A stretch of 64,000 nucleotides of DNA, from contig NC_134035.1 in NCBI RefSeq assembly GCF_964204645.1, forward strand, positions 4,340,001 to 4,404,000. Direction: 5' to 3'. The stretch's first letter is position 1. Each line of letters starts with the position of its first letter. The notes beneath the pieces were generated by a model. It made no database searches and was not told the DNA's origin. It was given only the letters and a program-made list of their open reading frames with translations. This document shows, one piece after another, positions 14,281 through 26,328 of this stretch. The position numbers were made by a program, and so were the translations under genes. This stretch comes from Tubulanus polymorphus. Lineage: Eukaryota; Animalia; Nemertea.

Positions 14281-15289
14281 AGTGATCCAGTGTGCAATAT
14301 TTCACGATGTCAAGCGAATTCGATCTCGGCAATTGGCGTTTAACTAGATTCTGGATCGGGCTTCATGTGGCTCAACGGATGAATCCTTGATGGGAAAAAG
14401 GCTGATCGCTTGTGTGTACATTTGTAAATAAATATATTTACGCGAAATGAGTTGTTATCCGTTGTTACTTTTACGATTTTTCGTTTCTGTTTGAATGAAG
14501 ATTGAATGATTGCCAGTTCGACCATAGAATAAATCGTTAACATTTTATTTTCGCGATGGGAGACTGAGAATATCTGTTGTAGTACAGTCGTTTTTTTTAA
14601 CATACTTCGGAAATACGTTAGAGAATTGATAATGCTGCCTGAAAAAACTACGAGTAACTTGACAAGTAATTCTAAGACGGATTTTAGATGCATTCCTTTG
14701 AAGGAACTGTCCTCTGAAAGGACCTGCCTGCACCGTGAAAGACGCAATTAATTACAGCCCTCAATTTAATCATCGTTTTCCGGTATATAATCGGGAATGC
14801 TGGAGATTCCACAGAGAGTTTCAGTTAAAAATCTACTGGGCAGGAGCTGTTTCGACTAGTTTACCAGTACTCGGCGATTCCGTTCGATTCAATTCTGAGG
14901 AGTTTCTTGAATTACTGGAACGTGTATCCTAAATCTCCGATGTTTGACTTATTCTTATTGTCTGATGATGGATTTTAGAAAACGAAAATTCGGTCTTGAA
15001 TATATTTTAACTTATTGGAATTATTTATTTATTTGATCTTTTCGGTTTGGCCGGGTACGTGGATGCTATTGGACTTTTAATGGTCATAAAACCGCCGATT
15101 ACGCGGACCGGGTGTATATAAATCCAATTCCGGCAATTAGGGACGACGTCCAGTAAATCGCGGTGCAGGACTCGTTGAATTGAATTTGTTTCCCTAAATC
15201 ACGAAATGACATTTCGATCTAGTTTCTTCAGTTTTTCGGCTCAACTTTGAAGCGTTAGCGCCAAAGCAAGCATGTGAGAGTAGGACGTC

Positions 15290-18107
15290 ATGCCGCTACA
15301 AACAAATGGAATTGTCGTACAACAGAATAAAACAAACAGTAAATACATTAGACTTATAGCTTAGTCTAATTTCTAAAAAAGTGCCGATGAGAGATCGGCC
15401 CGTTTTTTGGAATATGGCCCGACGGAAAGATCCCACTTTCACTTTGAAAAATTGGTGCAACTGTAATAGTTCGTATGTGTAATCTAAGGGCCCCTAAAAA
15501 TGGTGGGAGTTTTGGACTTGTTGAAACTTAAGATGATGGTGGGTACGCTGCATCGTCTATCTCATCCTGGCAGTTCTTGGACAAGAGATTTGCACTGCCC
15601 GGGACAGACTAGTTTTTAATGATTTGGCTTTGATTTAGGCTACAGGGCCTTGAGTTACTTATGCGGGTAACCTAAGTACTTGTATAGGCCTAATCCAAAA
15701 AGAACAGCAGGCCTACGGTACTTTGAAAATTGTCAAGCCTTTATATGTGGATCGTGTTGGTTGTTGGTTCTAGAAGAAATGAGACTAATTAGCCTATGTA
15801 TGCCCACGTGGATAGGACACCTGCTATAATGAGCAGTTTTATCAATATAGAAATTACTAACCGTTGACTTAAAATGTAGTGTTGAATGTTTGCCTTATAT
15901 GAAACTAATAGTCTCGTAGTGACCAGTCGGATGCAGTCATGTGTAGTGACCTGTCTGGAGTGGTGACCAGTCAAGTGTGGTGACCAGTAAATGCTCTTAT
16001 CAATAACAACACCCTATTATACCTTAATTACTAGAGTGAAATTGGCTTCAAGTCACTATAGGCGGCCTGATCTTTTATGTTGACCGCTTAGCGTAGTATA
16101 TATTGAATTGGAAATACAAATTATGACTCAAAAATAGTAGCGACTTCAGTGAACTTGACAGTTTTTCAATCCGAAGACTGAAGAAGTTCCTACCACCCTT
16201 CAAAATATTTCTGATATTCTTTAAACAAATCTTTTAGTCATTTTACAAACAAACTAATTGTCACCTGTACTAGACTTGACCACCAAGCTGTTCAGCTGTG
16301 GAAGGGGCCTATATCATAGAACATTTTGAATTTTTAGGGCTCTGAGATGCGATCTGTCAATTCCTGGCATCAATCATTCTGTGTGAAAATCTGAAATTTT
16401 AATCTGTTACAGAAAAATTAGTCATGAAAAATAAGTTTATCCGTTTTTGATTATATTCAAATTGACCATTTTTAATTACTTCTACCAGAACTTGCGAAAT
16501 ATAATGGCGCATCTACATTCATGAGTACCGCTCCAGAGGTAGTAGCGTTAGGCCGGATTCGCCCCAGATGGTTGTATCCAGATGATTCAAGCAATTACGA
16601 TACATGTATGATAAAATTCTAGAACGAGAATACCTGCGCACTAAGATTTAAACGAATTCAGAAGACGTACACAATATTATTTGCAGGTTATGACTTGCGC
16701 TCGATACTCCTATTTCAGCGTACTTCATTTACTATTCAATTGCCTAAAAAATATGGTATCATTGCAGGAGGGATCGATAGCATCGCGAGTCAAAAGGGCA
16801 ATAAGAAAACCAACTCGACCGCCGCCGCTGCTGCTGCTGCTACTGCTACTGCTGACAGTGCCTCTAGAAGCAGCCACGGAGGAAATCCCGCTCGGACAGA
16901 TGGAAGCCAGGCAGTCGGGGTAGACAAGAAGCAGAGAAACGGGTATGCCTCGAATTCGCCGGCAGGAGATTGTTTTGCCGGAAAGCCGTTCGATATTTCT
17001 CCCGACTGGCTCCATGATGATGGTGTTATAAAGTGCGCGTGTTGCTGTTCCGAGGTACGTAAGAAATCCTAGATGTTCCAATAATTGCTGCCATACTGGA
17101 CTTTCATCCAGGGAGTTTCAGAAGGTTTTATTTAAAATGTTTGCTGCTGACTACGCATTTCTAGTTCAGCCATCATTGTCACTATGAGTTATCTCATAGT
17201 TTTAATTCTGCCCTCATTGCCACTATGATAAATGTATCGGTTTGCAAGTAATGTTTTTGTGTTTATGCTGATTTGAATTTGAATTTGAATTCAGATTTTA
17301 CTCTGACGTTCGTCAATTTTGAGCAAAGGCTGACTATATTATAACTGTCGCTCTAGTGCAACTATGAGTAGCGGCGAATGGGGGCGGCACCGTATTATTG
17401 GATTGAATGGGTCAAATCGATTTGAAATAAACTGAAACCGCTACTAATGAAGATATTAAATCGTAAAATGACGTTTCAGAATTCACTCTTAAGCATGAAT
17501 GATTGATAAGCTATGTCTGGAATTTATTTCCGTTTGTGTACGTTTTGATGTTTGATGACTTCGTTGCAGGATGGAGATTCGCACTATCAGCCGTCACCGA
17601 CTTTCGTCGCGAGCGTTAAACCAGCAACACCCTCCGGCGGCGTCCCTCCTCCTCCGACTCCATCCATCCTGCATCCGTTACCGCGCCGCGAGCAGGAACT
17701 ACGCGACGAGGCGTTGGGGCGCGTCGGTAGCGTACGCGGTGGCGCCGCCGCGTCGCGCCAGGAGAGTTTCCGCAGTTTCCGTTCGGACGTCGACGAAACC
17801 GACCTCGATCAACTCAGTCAATATTCGCTGTTCATGGAGAAAGACGTTCGCTACTATTTCCAGCATCCGTATCTACGGCTGACCGTCGCGTACCTCGTGA
17901 CGTTCTGCAACTTTCTCATCTACGCCGAGGATCCGATCGCGCACAGTGAGAAGGAATGCAGCATTCCGGTGATCGGTAATATGTTCGCGTTCGTTTGTTC
18001 GCGGTACCCGGCGAACGCTTGGAGCGTGTTGAAGGTTTTCATGTGGTTGCTGGCGATCGTATGCGGACTGTTGTTCGGCAAGCAAGTGGTACATAAGCTG
18101 TTATTTA
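15290..18107 (+). CDS. TMEM117: Transmembrane protein 117, 5' exons; remaining exons not seen in the window
   Basis: Exon 17570-18107 encodes MEKDVRYYFQHPYLRLTVAYLVTFCNFLIYAEDPIAHS...KVFMWLLAIVCGLLFGK, recognisable TMEM117, and ends at phase-1 gtaagt. Upstream exons 15290-15338 (ATG, phase 1) and 16687-17054 (ends phase 0) join in frame but are less certain (~0.6). Confidence 0.88.
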
Positions 18108-18159
18108 GTAAGTTTATCATTCAATTATCGTTCATTCCCCAACCCCTGCTGTATTCTAT

Positions 18160-18564
18160 AGCCTAGCTCAGGTCGACTTGAGATCCAATCAGATCGTCGG
18201 ATCGTAAGCAGTCAAGTCTGCAATATTTTAATCGGGAACCATTTCGACATGAGTTTACTAACGACCGCGATGGATTGATCGTAGACTGATAGTAAGCCGA
18301 ATCGTAACGATAGAACAAGTTATATTTCCTACAACTGATCTTAACCGTTGTAGCCAATCAACAATGAGTATTGCATCACATGACTTTTAGCGTTTAAAAT
18401 GGCGATTCGACGAACCATGAGACTCGGCGATGATCGAGTTGTAGACGACCTGAGAGTGCTCTTAAGATCATTGACACAAACGAATCGGCGATCAGCGGTC
18501 GCACGTGTACCACAGCTGTTCTGACGACGATCTGATCAGGTCGTGAATCGACCTGAGCTCGGCT
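18160..18564. mobile_element. MITE
   Basis: TIRs agcctagctcaggtcgac / tcgacctgagctcggct. Confidence 0.7.
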
Positions 18565-19430
18565 TTACACGCTTAATGCTTTCTCTGCTACTCCGACTTA
18601 CTCCCCGGGACTATTCGATTAAGCTGTGCGGAAAAACAAAACTCTTCGTTACTGTTTCTGTTCTTCATGAGACTAACAGTCGGTACTGCTCAAATCAAAT
18701 TTTTCCCAAAATCTGTATTGGAAAAACTCGCCTATTTACCCAATTCTCATGAGTCACCAGATGTGCATTGTGAAGATGCGACTGCCTCCGCTAGTAGTTG
18801 CGTAGTTAGATGATTTGTCATTAGATGGCAGAGTTATTGATGTACCTAGAATCCAGCTAGTGGACTGTGTAATATGGATAGATTTGACTATGAGAACTCG
18901 TGTTAACACTCAACTGTTGATTTTCCGCTCAGTGATAACCCTCAGTTCTCCTTCAAAATTTTGAATCCCCGATTACAAAAGTTAAGTTGATTGACTAAAT
19001 TAAATGATGTTCTGTTATCCAGCAGCCTCCATTATCTACCGGAGACATCGGTCTCAACAGTGCCAGATAACCGAGAGTTGACTATCAGTTTCACAAACAT
19101 TTGCATTCGTCGTCAATGCAATGTAACGTCATCACTCGAAAACTGATGATGGCTGCTAGCATATCGATTTCGGAAAAGATTGTCGTTGATTTATCAGTTA
19201 GTAACCCCTTTCTGTATGATATGCGGTTACTTGAATTGGAAAAATTATTAATTTCCACTCGCAAACCCTCAATGTAGATAGGCCTACAAAAGGGACATAC
19301 AGTAGGAATTCCTTTATATTCAAAAATATTTGACAAGGACAATGAAAGAGGCTTGTAAATGGTTCAGATGTGTAGTAAATATATGGCTGTAAATGATCCG
19401 GGGCTGGCGACACGTAAATGATGATTTGTA

Positions 19431-19608
19431 CAGTTTAGAACTCGCTTGTTTCGGATCACCTGGAACTGGAAAATTATGTCCGAATTAAACGAAATCTGAA
19501 TTATGTGGCTCTCATTCGAATAGAAATAACCTTAGAGGGGACTGAAATTTTAGTCCAAAACAAGTGAAAATCTGAATAAAACCGATCCGAATTACGCAAC
19601 TCGTACTG
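19431..19608. mobile_element. Tc1/pogo-like MITE
   Basis: TA-CAGT...ACTG-TA ends, related to 3415-3590. Confidence 0.6.
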
Positions 19609-19695
19609 TACCAATCACGAGCAACTAGCACAACTGATGAATGTCTCAAGAAAGTGTTCAAATGTGTTCGAAGCGAAGGCAAAAAAACTCATTGA

Positions 19696-19768
19696 TCTCT
19701 CTCTCTCCCCCTCTCTCCCTCTCCCTCTCCTCCCTCTCTCCCTCCCTCTCCCTCTCCTCCCTCTCTCT
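19696..19768 (+). repeat. CT-rich low-complexity tract
   Basis: Pure C/T run. Confidence 0.9.
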
Positions 19769-22284
19769 ATTGAATCGTTTTAATGTGGAAGGAGGAGGGG
19801 GTATTGTGTAAATCATGAATTACGACTTGTACTAATCATAAGCAACTGTGTCATCTAAGTGAACTAAGTGAACGCAAAAAACTGTTCTATGGAAATGTTT
19901 TATTGCTGGAAGGGAGGGGGCGGGGGTTGTTTTACGTCCAAACATGAATGACGACTTGTACTAATCACGAGCAACTAGCACAACTGATGAATTTCTCAAA
20001 AAATGTCGTCGAAGCGAACGCAAAAAAACTAATTGATCTCTATCTGCGGTGAAGTGTTTTATTGCGTACACATCGTCATTTATCATTCATCTGTTTATTA
20101 ATACACGAGCACATTGATAAGACGCTAATTAGTAACTATGAAAGCTAGTGTACATAGTAATAGTGAGGCTACCACGTATGTCTCTGCGCGCACGCGCGCG
20201 AGGTATGTCATGATGGATCTCTTCGCTTTATTGACATTCTCCCGAAACCTCTCTCTGAAATCTAATGGACTTTGATGATAATGAGAATCGTCTCCTCTAA
20301 TAATTAATCATACTCAAAGTAAACGAGACGAGTTGAAACCCACCGGCTTCGGCGTCGTTCGGAGTCGTTAAACGTGCGTTGTTTATCTAATTAAGGAGAT
20401 AACGTGGATTTTTTGAGCTGCGTTGGTTTTAGTCTGTTTTCGGTGACATTTTAACGATCTCGACTCGTCGTGCAATAATTTGTTATCGCACAAGTGTTTT
20501 TGATCCGGGGCTTAACTTAGCCTGTGTCGGATTAGGATCGGGTGTTCACTGTGGTGCCAAGGGTCTGCCAGTTTGATGCACGGGACAAATTTGGCCCATC
20601 TGGAAATGGCCCGCACCAGGCCAGGCCCGCACCAAATTTTTGCATGGGTCAAAGTATGGTGTGTGAATGCTTACTGGTTCTTGTAGTGACAAACCTCACC
20701 TCACCAAAGCATCGTTTTAGATAATATTTTAGTAACAAAGGAGCGATTGAGTATGAAATCTTATCAAGCGCGGTTCAAATTTGATGATTCCGGTCATGAC
20801 TGAGCCAGTTTGACCCGGGCAAAATCGTGGCTTGTGTTGCTTTGTCTCAGGAGCTACCCTTTATCCGACACTGTCTCTTCACCGGGGCACTGCGCGGGCC
20901 AATTTAGGTCTAATTTCTTCGTAGACTATCTCGTTGAACGTATGACCGAGAGATACTAATTCGCTCGATAGTAGCCTCCGTAGTAGTTGTTGTGAATGGT
21001 TCTTTATACCGGAAAGACAACCGCATCTTTCATCTTTTGTCTCAAAATTGCGTCTTCAGCGACATCTACTCTTGTTTCTTATACCCGTGTCAAGTGTCTA
21101 CTCTATGCGGAGTATACACGCGAAACCCGGGTTTTAGAAACAGTTCTTGAAAAAAAGACGGGTACACTCCGCATCGAAACCGGCGTGCTCGTGCTCGCGA
21201 TCGCCCTAGAACTTGAACTAGGCCTACTGATGTGGGTTCTTACTATCGAATGCGTTAAGTGTAGACGCTATAACTCGCGAGCTCGTGTAGACGTGGTTTC
21301 CGATATTTATGAAATACGTTCGGCGTCACTTGCCGCTCAAAAGTAGGCGATCGTTTATTGAGTGAAAATCTGAAGTGTGTATATTCTATAGATGTACGGA
21401 TTTAATAGAATGTATGTTCGATCGAGGTCAGATCGCGGATCTAACGCTACTCCGTAGGCTCGTCGATTTCATATTCGATATCGCCGCATCTCTAAACTGT
21501 GATATCATCATTTAAGATGCAGTCGTCATTCGCGTTGTAGCGATAATAATCCGTCGATTAGGTTATAATATCGGAATGATTATCGCGCGTAGATTGCTCG
21601 ATAGTGTTAACGCCGATTCTTGACTCGGTTCACACTCCTCGTGTAACGCTCTTTTTGTTTTCTACGCATACGTCGCGCTGTGTACGGTTCGTCGCGTCGA
21701 CCTTGGCGCTCGGCGCCGCGCGTGCGCGATTTCTAAACTGATTATCTTTATGGAACGGTCGAAAAAATCCCCGTACGACCTTCGTCGAGTGCTTTTTTTC
21801 TTTTACGGGTCTTTTGATGGAATGATGAGGTCGGTTCTTGTTTCCTTTTTCGCCTCGAGAGAATTGAATAGTAATTCGCGACCGCGCTTTGATACGCGGA
21901 TGCCGCTTTTTTTTCTGGCCTCCTCGCCGCGGTGTCTCGTGGGTGTCGAGGTGTGAGATGTCGTATCCGGATTCGTTTATTTCGTAACGGTCTATCGTCT
22001 ATTAGATATATTAACCTATTGGATGTTATTAAAAGAAAAGCCCGACGCGCTGTGTGAGAGAAATCCCATAGCAAATTCGGCCGAAGATGAAAAGTTCATG
22101 AATAGAAGTGTACCTGGGTACCGGAGACGCTGCTCGAAATATACATAATACGTACACTTCTATCCAAGAACTGTTCATCTTTCGCTCGCTTATTGATGTT
22201 AGCTCGGCATTTATATTTTTTATTTCAGTGATTTCTGTTATCAGTCACAAGCCTACGTCTGTTACTATTTCATAATGAGAAATA

Positions 22285-22550
22285 CTGATTTGATTACTGA
22301 TTACTGTAGATTGCTGATTAACAGAAATATGAAAGATGTTACTGTGGATCTTACCCCTTGATTACTGATTAATTTGAACAGAAATATGAAAGGTGTTACT
22401 GAGGGTCTTACCCTTTTGATAACTGATTAACTTGATCAGAAATATGAAAGGTGTTACTGTGGGTCTTACCCTTTTGATAACTGATTAACTTGAACAGAAA
22501 TATGAAAAATGTTACTGGAGTCTTACCCCCTTGATTACTGATTAATTTTA
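22285..22550 (+). repeat. ~60-bp tandem repeat (family of 7560 and 8085)
   Basis: Four copies of acagaaatatgaaaggtgttactgagggtcttaccc.ttgat.actgattaa. Confidence 0.88.
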
Positions 22551-23915
22551 ACACTTGCTTTCACATTTCGATGAAAAAAAATTTCATTTGTTTTTTTATC
22601 TTAAAATAGGGCTTGACCCTGTTATTTATTTAGTTGTTTATTTACGTTTGTCTTTTTTTGATTGAGTGTCCCTTTACAGTACCACCGCACCTGCCAGTAG
22701 CGAAACATGGGGTTTTTAATGGTAGCTCTTTTTAATGGTTGGCAGCCTTGCTAGAGGCATTCTGGACATCAGATTAGGTTCTTCTGGAAAGTATATTTTT
22801 TCCTGACTATATCCTAGAATACGGTGGTGGAATATAGTTAGGATCCGCCCCTGATTATATTTCGTATCGTTTGCTTGGATATGGTGCTTCGAAATCTACG
22901 TCGCAGCGACGACCGCCATATTTCCATTTGTTACATTTCCCCGGTGAGTGGATACTACATTTTGTTTTTGTTCACGCGTGGCGCGTACATGTTTGGCGTT
23001 TCAAATCTGAAGGCATTTGCTTTGAACTTACGGCGTGCGTTGAGTTGAACTTATTTCGAAAAATCGTGATTACGGTAATCACGATTTTCGAAATTTACCC
23101 GCAGTCAACTAATGGCGCGGACAGTAAAATAGCCGTCTTAGATTTCTCGTTAGCACAAGCAGTGCTAATGAGGAGTTCAAGATTTGTCAGAGCATTCAGA
23201 AACATGTACGTAGCATTTTATGAAACCTTCTCGTCAGCTCGAAAGCATCAGGCCCTACTGATGTCTCGTAGACAAATCTTCGTGGGGGGGGGGGGATGAA
23301 TTTATGGGGAGCTTGGCTAAGTGAAACGCTAACGCTGGCTAAGTATTGCTGGTCATTTTGTTTGTGAATCGCTGTAGATGCCGCTCTTGCGAAATGATCC
23401 ATTTTTTCGAATTTTCTTGTATTTGCCCACCGGCAATTACACGAAAATGAATTGTATATTTTTATGGGCGTTAGTTTTGTTTTTTATGCGGTATTTGATC
23501 GAGTTAATCGGCGGGCGGTAGATACTGCGCGCCGGTATCTGTATCCGTAGTCACTCGCTTCAAAAAGAAAACGCATTTCCGGCAAGTATTAGAATGAATT
23601 ATTTATTGACGATAGTTTACGAGTTTTTTCTTCTGATGCGGCGTTTCGCGGAGTATGAATCAATGGTAGAATCAGTGATAACACGACGATGAACATGTGA
23701 AGAATTGATATATGAAAACAAAAAATCGCCAGACGAATTTCATCAAATTTCATTCGTTTCTGGCTTCGTTTTATTTACCGTACAATCGTAAACAGTTGAA
23801 GCTATTTCCGGACTATTCGCAGTCTTGATCATCAGGAGAAAATATCAATTTGAACAACCATTATCACGATTGATAAAAAAACAATACAATGGAGCTGTGT
23901 TGTGACACTTATGTA

Positions 23916-24420
23916 GAGAGAATCCGACAACAATAACGAAAACACAGTCCAAAAATGTTATTGGAGCTAGTGTAGTTTATTTGACATTTCGACCATATTC
24001 TAATAGTCATCTTCAGGGATATTGTATTCCTTGTGCTAGTAGTTTATTCGACATTTCGACCATATTCTAATAGTCATCTTCAGGAATACTGTATTCCTTG
24101 TGCTAGTAGTATATTCGACGTTTCAACCATATGCTAATAGTCTTTTCCAGGAATACTGTATTCCTTGAACTAGTAGTTTATTCCACGTTTCGACCGTATT
24201 CTGATAGTCATCATCAGGAATACTGATCATTTTCAGGAATACTCAGTATTCCTAATGATGACTATAAGAATATAGTCGATATGTTGGATAAACTACTGGC
24301 TCTAGAAATACAGCATTCCTGAAGATGACTATTAGAATTTAGTCGAAAAGTCGAATAAACTACACTAGCTCCATTAACATTTTCAGACTGTTTTTTCGTT
24401 ATTATTCTGGGATTCTCTCG
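23916..24420. repeat. Palindromic element of ~67-bp units, each with a minimal hammerhead-ribozyme-like motif (Penelope pLTR-like)
   Basis: Four - strand units (about 23978, 24046, 24113, 24180) and two + strand units (24246, 24315). Unit: ATTC-CTGAAGA-T-GACTAT..ATGGTC-GAAA-(C/T)GTC-GAAT. The outer ~105 bp at each end (including the outermost unit) are inverted. Confidence 0.7.
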
Positions 24421-25726
24421 ATAGAAACAACTATTATTGTTTTTTTTGCCCAACGTTTTGCGCACAATCCTTCCATCAATCTTCAGAGTGTATTTGAAAA
24501 GAAAAAGTGTTTTCAAATCGACTCTTGAATATGACGTGTGGAAGGAAAAAAGAAAAATAAGGATGACAGGTGTTTGAATTGATAACCGAGGGTTTCTCCC
24601 AATCGTATTAACTTACAAACTTTAAAACGTTACCAAATCAGTGGTTATCTTCTCTAGGAAGATGTTCGTTTATGCATTTTCTAGGCTGCGTTTTGAATGA
24701 AAAAGAGGGATGTAATTTTCGATAAAAAACACGTACGAATATTGAGCTGAATATTTAAGCGATCGTGAAAAAGTTAGAACGAAATGATATTAACGGCCAG
24801 GTGTTATACCGTGCGCAAAAACCAGCTAAACTTAATGTTGAATACATCATTCTGTTTTTGAAAAAGTCGGCCAAAGAATCCAGTTTGACGAAAAGTTGAA
24901 ATGTTCGGTTATTTTGCGTTCTATATCAAATCTTAACATAGTGCGTTTACAACAAAATGACACGAACTTGTAATGCATGAAAATCAAACTGGAAATGAGC
25001 TATTTCTGAGTCGCGATGACTTTCTTGGATTTTACCTTGAATTATCTGTGGAGTAAGTGACACTACATAGGGAAATTCCTGAGCGCTAATGGGTTAAGAC
25101 TCATTCGTACAGTTATTGGTTGTCGAACTGGGTCCAAGACCAACGCGATATTCACCGTTCCGATTTTGGTGGTCTTCTGAGTTGAATATTTGAAAATGAA
25201 TCGGAATTTCAACTCGCGAATGCGCTCCCTATCTCACGCAACCGTCGAACTGGATCCTTCGAATTGAACGCGAATATGATAATACTGAATGTCGTTATAT
25301 ACACATGTATTGGATGATGACATATTTCAACATGTAGGCACTATTTATGTTAAAAAAATCGATACAAGTCACAGTGAACATTTAACGATAATTATGAAAG
25401 TTAATCGTGACCAACTATTTCTAGAACCCTGCCGTTGTATTTCAGTAGACCTCCCCCAACCACACATCCCGTAGCCTGGTTTGAGCAATATATATATATG
25501 AAATATCTTATGCAACGTGTGCTTACTTCCTTTAAAGTTTGTCTTTCAAAAGCCGTTTCGGCCAATTCTTACCCCGGTGATAAACATTATATATCATGAT
25601 TTGTTAGTGACAATCGTTTTATCGTTTCGAATGAATTCAGTTTACATCGTATAATTTTGCTAGAAAATCACCTACGAATATACGCTTAATGCAATGCTTT
25701 GAAAAAACGTAGACAAAATTAAGTAA

Positions 25727-26233
25727 TACAGTAGACCACGCTCAACTCGGAGATAACTTTTCAACTCTCGTTTTAGTCATTTAACACAGAGATAGCATTT
25801 CGACTCCGAGATAACATCAACTATCGTGAAAATTATTCGAATCAGCGATAACTTTTTAACTCGTTACGATCATTCAGATGGTCACATAGCATTTCAACTG
25901 CGAGAAAACGTTTCAACTCTTCAGTTAACATATCAACTATCGTGATAATTATTCAAATTATAGAGATAACCCTTCAACTCTTTGAGACAACCCTTGAACT
26001 CAGAGTTAACCCTTCAAGTCAGAGATAACCCTTCAACTCTGAGATAACCATTCAACTCGGAGATAACCCTTAAACTCAGAGTTAACCCTTAAACTCAGAG
26101 TTAACCCTTAAACTCAGAGATAACCCCTGTAACTCAGAGATAACCCCTGTAACTCAGAGATAACCCTTCAACTCAGAGTTAACCCTTCAACTCAGAGTTA
26201 ACCCTTCAACTCTGAGATAACCTTTCAACTCTC
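25727..26233 (+). repeat. ~20-bp minisatellite starting in a pogo-like terminus, in the 3' region of the - strand GPCR
   Basis: Unit agataacccttcaactcag; the tract begins with TACAGTAGACC. Confidence 0.85.
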
Positions 26234-26328
26234 ATATTTGTTGAAATATTTTTCCAATCCTAGCGTTCTGAATTTTCGCAGTCATGAAGATATCTGTTTC
26301 GAGTCGACGAAAACGTCGGTTCTCGACA

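Noticed and set aside
25960-26233. Interstitial telomere
   Set aside because: Contains taaccct within a ~20-bp unit, but no (TTAGGG)n runs.
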